A stretch of DNA of 64,000 nucleotides from an uncultured Chloroflexia bacterium. GTDB taxonomy: Bacteria > Chloroflexota > Anaerolineae > JAAYZQ01. This document shows positions 52,166 to 60,536 of this stretch, in pieces. Position 1 is the first letter of the stretch; every line of letters begins with the position of its first letter. The notes beneath the pieces were generated by a model. That model searched no databases, had not been told where the DNA came from, and worked only from the letters and a program-made list of their open reading frames with translations. The position numbers and the translations under genes were made by a program. The stretch covers positions 1,152,001-1,216,000 of the forward strand of contig CAVOXA010000010.1 of the NCBI GenBank assembly GCA_963700285.1, written 5' to 3'.

Positions 52166-52273
52166 TCACCGCAAAGGCGCAAAGAACGCAAAGAAGAGCG
52201 AGTTTGGAGGATTCCTGGGGCAAGGCCCACATGTCCTTGATCCCCCTTGGCGTCCTTCGCGCCTTGGCGGTGA
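52166..52273. repeat. Nonamer-repeat inverted REP-like element
   Basis: TCACCGCAAAGGCGCAAAGAACGCAAAG ... CTTGGCGTCCTTCGCGCCTTGGCGGTGA. Confidence 0.8.
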
Positions 52274-52281
52274 ATTGGTGC

Positions 52282-52310
52282 TTGACAGCGCATATGTTTC
52301 GTGGTAAGCT
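52282..52310 (+). promoter_or_regulatory. sigma70-type promoter
   Basis: TTGACA-N17-TAAGCT. Confidence 0.7.
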
Positions 52311-52455
52311 TGTGGGTGGAAAGGGGCTTGTCAGGAACCCACTGAACGTCGAGTTCTCGACGCTCTCAGTGTCATTGGACGCAGCCGTCATCCCCTTCAA
52401 TGTCGAAAGACCTTCCCCTCTCACTCACGAGCACCCTGTCGGATGGTTGCCGTGG
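52311..52455 (+). ncRNA. Structured leader, copy C
   Basis: CACTGA/TCAGTG and CGTCGA/TCGACG hairpin, GACG-CAGC-CGTC hairpin, AGGGG/CCCCT closing stem. Confidence 0.62.
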
Positions 52456-52458
52456 GAT

Positions 52459-52615
52459 ACAACAACGAATTGAGAATACAACGAATGGACTGCGCGGGAT
52501 GTGGATTCGTTCCTTTCCCGATACGTTGTAGTGCGAGAAGAACAACAACGAATTGAGAATACAACGAATGGACTGTGCGGGAAGACGATTCGTTCCTTTC
52601 CCAATTCGTTGTAGT
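52459..52615. repeat. Two tandem nested palindromic ACAACGAAT elements (83-bp period)
   Basis: 52459-52532 and 52542-52615, same family as 46666-46740. Confidence 0.85.
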
Positions 52616-52640
52616 ACCAGCACCATAACAGGAGAACAAC

Positions 52641-54761
52641 ATGAGCGAGGACACAGGGACCGGAGCCAACTTTTATGCCCTGCTCATCGGCATAGACCAC
52701 TACCTCAAGCACACGCTGCCTGGGGGTGGCTACTACCCCAAGCTTGGCGGATGTGTGGCCGACGTCCGGCGGGTCGAGGCCTTTCTAAAGACCAAACTGG
52801 ACCTGCCCGAGGAGAACATCTACAAGCTAACCGCCACCTACGGCACCAGCCCAGAGCCCCCGGAACCAAAGGAGCAGTGGCCCACCTACGAGAACATGGT
52901 CGCTGCCTTCCAGAAGGTGACCGAGGTAGCCGGCGCGGGTGACCAGGTCTACGTCCACTATTCCGGCCACGGCGGCCGGACCAAAACCATCTACCCCCAG
53001 CTCAAGGGCGAGGCGGGCCAGGACGAGTCGCTGGTACCCATGGACATCGGCCGCGAGGGCGCCCGCTACCTGCGCGACCTGGAGCTGGCCCACATCTTCC
53101 AGAGGATGGTCGACAAGGGCATCCTCCTTACCGTAGTTCTGGACAGTTGCCACTCGGGCGGCACCACCCGTGCCCTGGACGTCGTCGTGCGCGGCATCGC
53201 CGGGCTGGATACCACCCCGCGTCCCACCGACAGCCTGGTGGCTTCAGCGGAGGAACTGGCTGACACGTGGCTGGGGAGTACGGCCGGCCAGACCCGCGCC
53301 CTCAAGCCCGGCGGCGGCTGGCTGCCCCAGCCCAAGGGCTACACGCTGCTGGCCGCCTGCCGCTCCCAGGAGTTCGCCCACGAGTACAATGTGGCGCCGG
53401 GCAAGCGGGGCGGAGCGCTCACCTGGTGGACCCTCGAGAGCCTGAAGCAGATCGGCCCCGGCCTCACCTATCGTATGCTCCACAACCAGGTCCTGCCCAA
53501 GATCCATGCCCAGTTCCCCCAACAGACGCCCCAGCTCCAGGGTGTAGAGTCCCGGGCTGTGTTCGGCAGCGAAACTGTGCAGCCGGTGCACTCGGTGAAC
53601 GTCATGGCGGTGGGCGCGGAGGGCGAGCGCGTCCAACTGGCCACCGGCCAGGTCCAGGCGGTGACCAAGGGCTCCCAGTTCGCCGTCTACCCTGGGGGGA
53701 CGGAAGATTTCCGGCAGGTTGAGCAGCGTCTGGCCCTGGTGGAGATCGACGATCTGGGAGCTGCCAGCTCCTGGACCAAGCTCGTGAAGATCTTTGGCCG
53801 GGGCGAAATCGGGCCGGGAGATCAAGCTGTGCTGCTGGATCCCGGCAAGGTCCGCCTTCGCCGCCGGGTGCGGCTGGTGACCCAGGGACAGGAAGAAGTA
53901 CCTCCTTCCATCGACCAGGACGAGGCCCTGGATGCGATCCGCGCTGCACTGGAAAGGGAGGGAAGCGGCTGGGTCAGCCTGGGCATGGAGGGCGAGACCG
54001 TCGACTATCAGGTCGCGGTCAATGCCATGGGCCAGTACGAGATCTGGGACCGGTCCGGGGTGCCCATCCCCAACCTGCGGCCCGCGCTTGACTATCTCGA
54101 CTCAGGTGCCCCCGCGCGCGTCGTCCAGCGCCTGGTGCACCTGACCAAGTTCAACAACCTGCTGCTCCTGGACAACCATGACCCGACCTCGCCCCTGGCC
54201 CGCGCCGTGGAGGTAGAGGTCCTGCAGGCCCAGCCCGACTATGAGCCGGGCGAGCCGCCGGACCCGCAGCCCTTTGACGATCCCGGCAACACGCCCACGG
54301 CATCCACCGGCCAGTGGCTGCTGGCCCGCATCAAGAACCGGTCGTCAGAGACCCTCAACCTTGTAGTCTTTGATCTATCGTCTGACTGGAGCGTGGCCCA
54401 GGTGCACCCCACCTGGACCGACTATGTGAGCCTTGATGCCGGGGCGGAAGAGATCTTTCCCCTGCAGGCCGGGCTGCCCCAGGGATATGAGGCGGGTAGC
54501 GACGTGCTCAAGGTCTTTGCCACGCTGGGACCGGCCAACTTTCGATGGCTGGAGATGCCCGAGCTGGACCAACCACCCCTGCGCAGATCCTCAGTCATGC
54601 GTTCCATTGAGGAGCGCGACCCGCTGGAGGAGATGCTGGCCGCCTTTATCGGGGACAAGCCCCTGCCGCTGACCCGCAGCCTCAACCCGGCCGAGTATCC
54701 CAGCCGCGGCTGGTCCACAGTTCAGATGGAGGTGCACGTAAAAAAAGCGAGCAGGGGCTGA
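52641..54761 (+). CDS. Caspase-like peptidase C14 with long C-terminal region (DUF4384-like end)
   Basis: ALLIGIDHY, LGGCVADV, HYSGHG, LDSCHSG, LAAC, Q-PQL. Confidence 0.9.
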   Translation: MSEDTGTGANFYALLIGIDHYLKHTLPGGGYYPKLGGCVADVRRVEAFLKTKLDLPEENIYKLTATYGTSPEPPEPKEQWPTYENMVAAFQKVTEVAGAGDQVYVHYSGHGGRTKTIYPQLKGEAGQDESLVPMDIGREGARYLRDLELAHIFQRMVDKGILLTVVLDSCHSGGTTRALDVVVRGIAGLDTTPRPTDSLVASAEELADTWLGSTAGQTRALKPGGGWLPQPKGYTLLAACRSQEFAHEYNVAPGKRGGALTWWTLESLKQIGPGLTYRMLHNQVLPKIHAQFPQQTPQLQGVESRAVFGSETVQPVHSVNVMAVGAEGERVQLATGQVQAVTKGSQFAVYPGGTEDFRQVEQRLALVEIDDLGAASSWTKLVKIFGRGEIGPGDQAVLLDPGKVRLRRRVRLVTQGQEEVPPSIDQDEALDAIRAALEREGSGWVSLGMEGETVDYQVAVNAMGQYEIWDRSGVPIPNLRPALDYLDSGAPARVVQRLVHLTKFNNLLLLDNHDPTSPLARAVEVEVLQAQPDYEPGEPPDPQPFDDPGNTPTASTGQWLLARIKNRSSETLNLVVFDLSSDWSVAQVHPTWTDYVSLDAGAEEIFPLQAGLPQGYEAGSDVLKVFATLGPANFRWLEMPELDQPPLRRSSVMRSIEERDPLEEMLAAFIGDKPLPLTRSLNPAEYPSRGWSTVQMEVHVKKASRG

Positions 54762-54889
54762 CGCCGGCGGATGCGCCGCAGGGAGAAACACCCACTGCGG
54801 TGCCGCAAGAGGGGTTTACACTTGCGGCCGTCGCCGAGCCGGAGCAGTCCCTTTCGGTGAACCAAATAGACACAGCAGGAGGTGAGCCC

Positions 54890-55378
54890 ATGGAACCTGA
54901 TGGACAGAATAGCGAGCGCAAGAGCCTCTGGACGCCTGAGGTGATCATCCAGGCCTTCAAGGAGGCCATCACGGCCCTGCTGGGATTGGCGGTGGTGGGT
55001 TATACCCTCATCCTGGCCGGGAATACCCTGTCCCTGGTGGGGCAGCCCGAAAAGTTATCCGATGCCAAGGACATCCTGATGTTGGTCCTGGGTCTGGCGG
55101 GTGTGGTCGTGGGTTACTACTTTGGTCGTGTGCCGGCCGATGCGCGGGCCAGCCAGGCGCAGCAGCAGGCCAACGATGCCACGGCCCAGAGCGAACAGGT
55201 CCACGCCCAGGCCCAGGCCATCGCCGATGAGGTAGACGAGGTGATGGAGCGGATGGCGAGACCCTCCGTCACAGCACGCGGGGCCGAGTCCTCGGCAACA
55301 GATCTCGCCCTGGCCGAGGACCTGTATCGCATCCGCGATGATCTTCGGTCTCTATCCAAGCTAAGTAGAAGGAGGTAA
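54890..55378 (+). CDS. 2-TM membrane protein with C-terminal coiled coil
   Basis: AGGAGG RBS; two hydrophobic helices, GVVVGYYFG, Q/A-rich helix. Confidence 0.8.
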   Translation: MEPDGQNSERKSLWTPEVIIQAFKEAITALLGLAVVGYTLILAGNTLSLVGQPEKLSDAKDILMLVLGLAGVVVGYYFGRVPADARASQAQQQANDATAQSEQVHAQAQAIADEVDEVMERMARPSVTARGAESSATDLALAEDLYRIRDDLRSLSKLSRRR

Positions 55379-55381
55379 GCT

Positions 55382-56683
55382 GTGAATACAAATGATCTAT
55401 TGACCGCATGGTCCATGATGTCTCTGGAAGAGATCGAAACCCGGCTGGAGTCTGGAATCGATGATGCTGCGGCGGAACAGTTTTTCGGCGCCAAAGAGAT
55501 GGCCGAGATGCAGTCGCTATCCAGAGAGCCTCAGGCGCGAGGGCTGCGCGAGGCTGTGGTGCTCCTGCCAGGAGTGATGGGCTCGCTGCTGAGCAGCATC
55601 CGCGGCGTGACTACCCTGCTGTGGATCAACCCTCTCCTCTTTCTCAGGGGCCAGTCCAGCTACCTCGAACTGAACGATGCCGGTACCCACGACCGTGTCC
55701 CGGCCGTGGATGCCGTGCCCATTGGCCTGGAAAAGATGACCTATACCAAGATCGGCCTGTCCCTGCGCCGCAAGACCGACCTCTTTGAATTCCCCTACGA
55801 CTGGCGCCGGCCCATCGCCTGGAACGCGGCTCTCCTGCACGAGTGCCTGGAGCGCTGGGCAGGCGACAACCCCAACCGGCAGTTCACCCTGGTGGGCCAC
55901 AGCATGGGCGGGCTGGTCTCCCGGGCCTACCTGGCCCGCTATCCCCAGGCCTCCCAGCGGCGGGTCAAGCAGGTCATCATGCACGGCACGCCCCATTTTG
56001 GCGCGGCCGGCGCCGTGGCGAACCTGATCCATGGCAACAGCATGATGTCCCTGGCCGCCAAACTCAACAAAAAGAATGTGACGCGCCAGCTACTGCTGAA
56101 TATGCCCAGCGTCTACGAACTGGTGCCCGCGCCGCGTGACCTGTTCCCCTCTCACCGGCCCTACGCTGCCAATTGGGATCTTTACAACGCGGGCGAATGG
56201 GAACTGGAGGGCCTGCGCCAGGATTACCTGGATGCCGGGGCTGGGTTCCACAGGCTGCTGGCAGAGTCTGACCCTCAAGTCCAGATCACGCAGATTGCCG
56301 GCTGCAACCTGAGTACCATCGTGGACATGCAGCGCAGCTTTGGGCCCGATGGGGAGTCGGTGTACAACTCGCTCGGGAAGGAAGATGGCCCCGATGCCGG
56401 TGATGGCACGGTGCCACTGTGGTCGGCCGTCCTGCCCGGAGCCACCATGTATTACATTGAAGAGGTGCACCGCGACCTGCCCAAGAACAAGCAAATCCTC
56501 CGGGCTACCCTGGACCTGATTCATGGGCAACCGCCTGATCTGGACACCAGCATACCGGGTCGCAGGGCCATCGTGAAGCGCGATGTGGCACCGCCTGAGG
56601 TCGATGCGGAGGGGTTGAAGCAACGCATCGAGACGGGCACCGCCACAGAGAAGGACCTGGAGCAACTCTTCTTCGCCTTCTGA
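55382..56683 (+). CDS. Alpha/beta-hydrolase lipase/acyltransferase (LCAT/PGAP1-like)
   Basis: LLPGVMGS, FPYDWR, VGHSMGG, GTPHFG, GDGTVP, C-terminal His. Confidence 0.9.
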   Translation: MNTNDLLTAWSMMSLEEIETRLESGIDDAAAEQFFGAKEMAEMQSLSREPQARGLREAVVLLPGVMGSLLSSIRGVTTLLWINPLLFLRGQSSYLELNDAGTHDRVPAVDAVPIGLEKMTYTKIGLSLRRKTDLFEFPYDWRRPIAWNAALLHECLERWAGDNPNRQFTLVGHSMGGLVSRAYLARYPQASQRRVKQVIMHGTPHFGAAGAVANLIHGNSMMSLAAKLNKKNVTRQLLLNMPSVYELVPAPRDLFPSHRPYAANWDLYNAGEWELEGLRQDYLDAGAGFHRLLAESDPQVQITQIAGCNLSTIVDMQRSFGPDGESVYNSLGKEDGPDAGDGTVPLWSAVLPGATMYYIEEVHRDLPKNKQILRATLDLIHGQPPDLDTSIPGRRAIVKRDVAPPEVDAEGLKQRIETGTATEKDLEQLFFAF

Positions 56684-56728
56684 TCTACTTCAGTCCCAAC
56701 TGCCCAGATGGATCCGCTCACTGGAGCT

Positions 56729-56757
56729 TTGACACGCTGTCCATATTGTGGTATTCT
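56729..56757 (+). promoter_or_regulatory. cydAB promoter
   Basis: TTGACA-N17-TATTCT. Confidence 0.7.
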
Positions 56758-56766
56758 TGGGTAGCT

Positions 56767-56784
56767 TTGTGTCCCAATTCACAA
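56767..56784 (+). promoter_or_regulatory. Rex operator (ROP)
   Basis: TTGTG-TCCCAATT-CACAA matches TTGTG-N8-CACAA, just downstream of the cydAB promoter. Confidence 0.75.
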
Positions 56785-56815
56785 GGCAGAGGCATGATCC
56801 AAGGAGGGTTCAGCT

Positions 56816-58195
56816 ATGGATGCATTGGCTCTGGCACGGTTGCAGTTCGCCGTCACCACCGTGTACCACTTTTTCTTTGTTCCCCTCACTTTGGGCCTTT
56901 CCATCCTCGTGGCCCTCATGGAAACCGTCTACGTCCGCACCGGCGACGACGTCTACAAACAGATGACCAAGTTCTGGGGCAAGCTGTTTCTCATCAACTT
57001 TGCCATGGGCGTAGTGACCGGCCTTGTGCAGGAGTTCCAGTTTGGCATGAATTGGTCCGAGTACTCGCGCTTTGTGGGCGACATCTTTGGCGTGCCCCTG
57101 GCCATCGAGGCCCTGCTGGCCTTCTTCCTGGAATCCACCTTTCTGGGCATCTGGATCTTTGGTTGGGACATGCTGCCCAAAGGGCTGCACCTGCTAGTCA
57201 TGTGGATGGTTGCCATCGGGTCCACCCTCTCGGCTTTCTGGATCCTGGTCGCCAACTCGTGGATGCAGCATCCGGTAGGCTATGTGCTGCGCAACGGTCG
57301 AGCTGAAATGACCGACTTTTGGGCGCTGATCACCAATCCCCACGTATGGTACCAGTTCCCCCACGTCTTGTTTGCCGGGATGGCAACGGCAGGCTTTTTT
57401 GTCCTGGGCATCAGCGCCTACCACCTGCGCAAGGGGGGCAGCGGCAACGAGGTGTTCCGTAGATCCTTCAACTGGGCCGTGGTCTATGCCCTGGTTGCTT
57501 CGGTGATGGTCGGCCTGGTAGGACACTCCCAGATGCAGTCCCTGCAAGACACACAGCCTATGAAGCTGGCTGCCGCCGAGGCACTGTGGGAGACGGAACA
57601 GCCGGCCGCCCTATCATTGCTTACCATCGGTACCCTGTCTGGTCGTGAAGAGATCTTTTCCATCCGGCTCCCGATGGTCATGAGCTTACTGACTTGTAAC
57701 AACCTGACCTGCGAGGTTCAGGGCATCTACAACCTTCAGGCCGAGTACGAGCAGATCTATGGCCCGGGGGATTACGTACCACCTATTCCCCTCACCTATT
57801 GGTCCTTTCGCGGCATGCTGACGGCCGGAATGCTGATGATCGCGGTTTCTCTCCTGGCCTTGTATCTGGTGCTCAGGCGAAAGGTGGAAAAGGCCCGCTG
57901 GTTCCTGTACTTGCTACCTCTGGCCATATTCCTGCCCTACCTGGCCAACACCTCGGGCTGGCTGATGGCCGAAGTGGGCCGCCAGCCCTGGATCGTTTTC
58001 GGTGTAATGCGCACGGAGGAGGGGGTGTCGCTGGTGGTCTCTGCTGGGGCGGTACTGTTGTCCCTGGCCGTATTTATCCTGGTCTACGCCGCGTTGCTCG
58101 TGGCCGATATCTACCTTCTGGCCAAATTCGCGCGCAAGGGACCAACGCAAGAAGATTTCCCGGCCCCGGCCATGGCCCACGGAGGGGAGGCGTAG
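56816..58195 (+). CDS. cydA: Cytochrome bd oxidase subunit I
   Basis: LARLQFA..YHFFFVP, QEFQFG, NSWMQHP, QPMKLAAAE, EVGRQPW. Confidence 0.96.
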   Translation: MDALALARLQFAVTTVYHFFFVPLTLGLSILVALMETVYVRTGDDVYKQMTKFWGKLFLINFAMGVVTGLVQEFQFGMNWSEYSRFVGDIFGVPLAIEALLAFFLESTFLGIWIFGWDMLPKGLHLLVMWMVAIGSTLSAFWILVANSWMQHPVGYVLRNGRAEMTDFWALITNPHVWYQFPHVLFAGMATAGFFVLGISAYHLRKGGSGNEVFRRSFNWAVVYALVASVMVGLVGHSQMQSLQDTQPMKLAAAEALWETEQPAALSLLTIGTLSGREEIFSIRLPMVMSLLTCNNLTCEVQGIYNLQAEYEQIYGPGDYVPPIPLTYWSFRGMLTAGMLMIAVSLLALYLVLRRKVEKARWFLYLLPLAIFLPYLANTSGWLMAEVGRQPWIVFGVMRTEEGVSLVVSAGAVLLSLAVFILVYAALLVADIYLLAKFARKGPTQEDFPAPAMAHGGEA

Positions 58196-58196
58196 G

Positions 58197-59211
58197 ATGG
58201 ATCTCAACACCGTTTGGTTCGCGCTGGTTGCAGTCCTGGTTATCGGCTTTTTCCTGCTGGAAGGCTTTGACTATGGTGTCGGCATCCTCCTGCCCTTCTT
58301 GGGCAAGGATGATCAGGACCGCCGGGTGATCATCAACACCATTGGACCTTACTGGGACGGCAATGAGGTCTGGCTGATCACTGCCGGTGGGGCTATCTTT
58401 GCCGCCTTTCCAGAGTGGTATGCCACCATGTTCAGTGGCTTCTACCTGGCCCTGCTGCTGATGCTCGTGGCCCTGATTGTGCGAGGCGTGGCTTTCGAGT
58501 TCCGCAGCAAGGACCGGCGGCCACAGTGGCGCGGCCTTTGGGACTGGATGATTTTTTTCGGGAGCTTTGTGCCCGCATTGCTGTGGGGTGTGGCTTTTGC
58601 CAACCTGATCCGGGGCGTGCCCATCAATGCCGATATGCAGTACGTGGGCACCTTTTGGGATCTGCTCAACCCCTATGCCCTGGTAGGCGGGCTGGCGACC
58701 TTGTCGGCCTTTACACTGCACGGTGCGGTATTTTTGAGCCTCAAGACCAAAGACGAACTCGAAGAGCGGGCGCACAAGGCGGCGGCGCGAGTCTGGCTGC
58801 CCACGGTCATCATTGTCTTTGCTCTTTGTCATCGCTGGGTACTTTGCTACCGACATGTTCACAAAGCTGGGCGTAAATCCCGGTCCGGTTCCATTGGGTG
58901 CGGGTGCGGCCTTGCTGGCAGCGGGCTGGTTCATCCGCCAGCGGCGCAATGGATGGGCCTTTTTCATGACGGGGTTGACCATTGCTCTGTCCTCGGCCAC
59001 GGTGGCCATCGGGCTCTATCCCCGGGTCATGGTTTCCAGCCTTAACCCGGCCTGGAGCCTGACCATTTATAACGCCTCATCCAGCCCGTACACGCTGCGT
59101 ATCATGACCATCGTTGCCCTGGTTCTTGTGCCTATCGTGCTTCTCTATCAGGGCTGGAGCTACTGGGTGTTCCGCAGGCGCATTGGTAGGGAAGATACGC
59201 TGGAGTATTGA
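58197..59211 (+). CDS. cydB: Cytochrome bd oxidase subunit II (one frameshift)
   Basis: LEGFDYGVG, WDGNEVWL, RGVAFEFR; ends SSSPYTL..YQGWSYWVF in the next frame. Confidence 0.93.
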
Positions 59212-59237
59212 GGGAAAGCACGACTCCGCCAGAACCA

Positions 59238-59268
59238 AGACCCCGGGAGATGTCCCCCGAGGTCTTTT
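59238..59268 (+). terminator. Intrinsic terminator after cydB
   Basis: AAGACC-CCGGG...CCCG-AGGTCTTTT. Confidence 0.65.
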
Positions 59269-59553
59269 GATCTACCCCTTTTTCAACAGTGAATAGATCT
59301 GTGACAATGGCAGCTTTCATGAATGCCATCAGTTCCTCCTCATCGCGTTTCCCGCCGTCTTTCGTTCCTGTCGCGGTGGTCAACCCTACGTTGCTACAAG
59401 CTTTCAGTTTTGAGCGAGCAGACCGCTGTGTGATGCAGACAACTGTCTTTTCGGGCAGGTAAGGTATCATATCGGTGAGCCCATCGTCGTGGGGACCGAA
59501 GGCTGTGCCAACCGTTTTCTTTCCTCGAAGCGGAACCAAGCCCAACCCCATAT

Positions 59554-59581
59554 TTGACAAGCAGCCTGAAATGGATATAAT
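59554..59581 (+). promoter_or_regulatory. sigma70-type promoter
   Basis: TTGACA-N16-TATAAT. Confidence 0.65.
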
Positions 59582-59587
59582 GTTAGA

Positions 59588-60535
59588 TTGGTCGTTGAGA
59601 CAGAGGTAGGGGCGATAAATAGCAACGGTTTATTGGAACAATTCGAAGGGCATCTCGAAAGCACAGCCCTCGCGCCGGCAACAGTGGTGAATTATATGGC
59701 TGATCTCAGGTCCTTCTTGCAATGGAGTCAGACTGCAAGAGGGGCCGGTGTGCTGGTCAATCCGACGCCTGATGGACCCTTTGAGCTAGATGCATCGGAT
59801 ATCCAATCCTATTGTTGCTATCTGCAGCATACAAAGGATCACGTACCAGCTACTGTCAACCGGCGGCTGCAGGCGCTTCGCAAGTTTTACGACTTTGCCA
59901 TTGACCAGGGATGGACCCCCGCCAACCCGGCGAGCGATGTCCGGTTGTTGAGCGAAGTTGTATCTGACCGCAGTCGTGGTTTGACCCCGGACGATGTTAC
60001 CCGTCTGTTGGCCGTTGTGCGGCAGAGCCACGCTCGGCGGGCGGACAGGGATTGGGCGATCTTTCAGGTGCTGTTACATGCCGGATTAAAGCTGGGTGAA
60101 TTGACCCAGTTGCGAATGGCAGACCTGGATCTGGATGCTGTGCCACCCTACCTTTGTGTGGGCAGCAATGCAAGCCAATCCGGCCGCACCATCCCGCTCG
60201 AGGGCGAGGTATGCGATGCCCTGCGAGCCTATTTGCCCAAAAGGCAAGCTGCCCCCGGTGTAGCCTATGTCTTTGTGAATCGGGACGGGAATCCGCTTTC
60301 AACGCGTACCGTGCAACGGCTGCTCCATCAATACGCGCGGGCTGCGGCTTTGGACAACCTCACGACCCAATCTCTGCGCTATGTGTACGCCACAAGGGTC
60401 TATGAAAGAAGCGGTGACCTGAAAACGGTGGCCCTGCTGTTGGGTCATCGTCATCTGGCAACCACGATCCGGTACCTACGCTCCAGCGGAGCGCAACAGA
60501 AGCAATTCGATACGGACAATCTAGACGGAACGTAA
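59588..60535 (+). CDS. XerC/D-like tyrosine recombinase with degenerate active site
   Basis: ATVVNY, ATVNRRLQALRKFY, NPA, RDWAI, GLKLGEL, QSLR, LGH..TT.RY; alternative start ATA at 59615. Confidence 0.85.
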   Translation: MVVETEVGAINSNGLLEQFEGHLESTALAPATVVNYMADLRSFLQWSQTARGAGVLVNPTPDGPFELDASDIQSYCCYLQHTKDHVPATVNRRLQALRKFYDFAIDQGWTPANPASDVRLLSEVVSDRSRGLTPDDVTRLLAVVRQSHARRADRDWAIFQVLLHAGLKLGELTQLRMADLDLDAVPPYLCVGSNASQSGRTIPLEGEVCDALRAYLPKRQAAPGVAYVFVNRDGNPLSTRTVQRLLHQYARAAALDNLTTQSLRYVYATRVYERSGDLKTVALLLGHRHLATTIRYLRSSGAQQKQFDTDNLDGT

Positions 60536-60536
60536 C

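Noticed and set aside
52459-52615. CRISPR array
   Set aside because: Only two tandem units, the 'spacers' are similar to each other, each unit is one long palindrome, and no cas genes are present
59132-59560. 142-aa minus-strand ORF between cydB and the recombinase
   Set aside because: No recognisable motif or RBS, and it overlaps the cydB end and terminator; at most a gene remnant
59588-60535. Prophage or integrative element anchored by the recombinase
   Set aside because: It is flanked by cydAB and rpoC, with no tRNA, att repeats, or phage/conjugation genes
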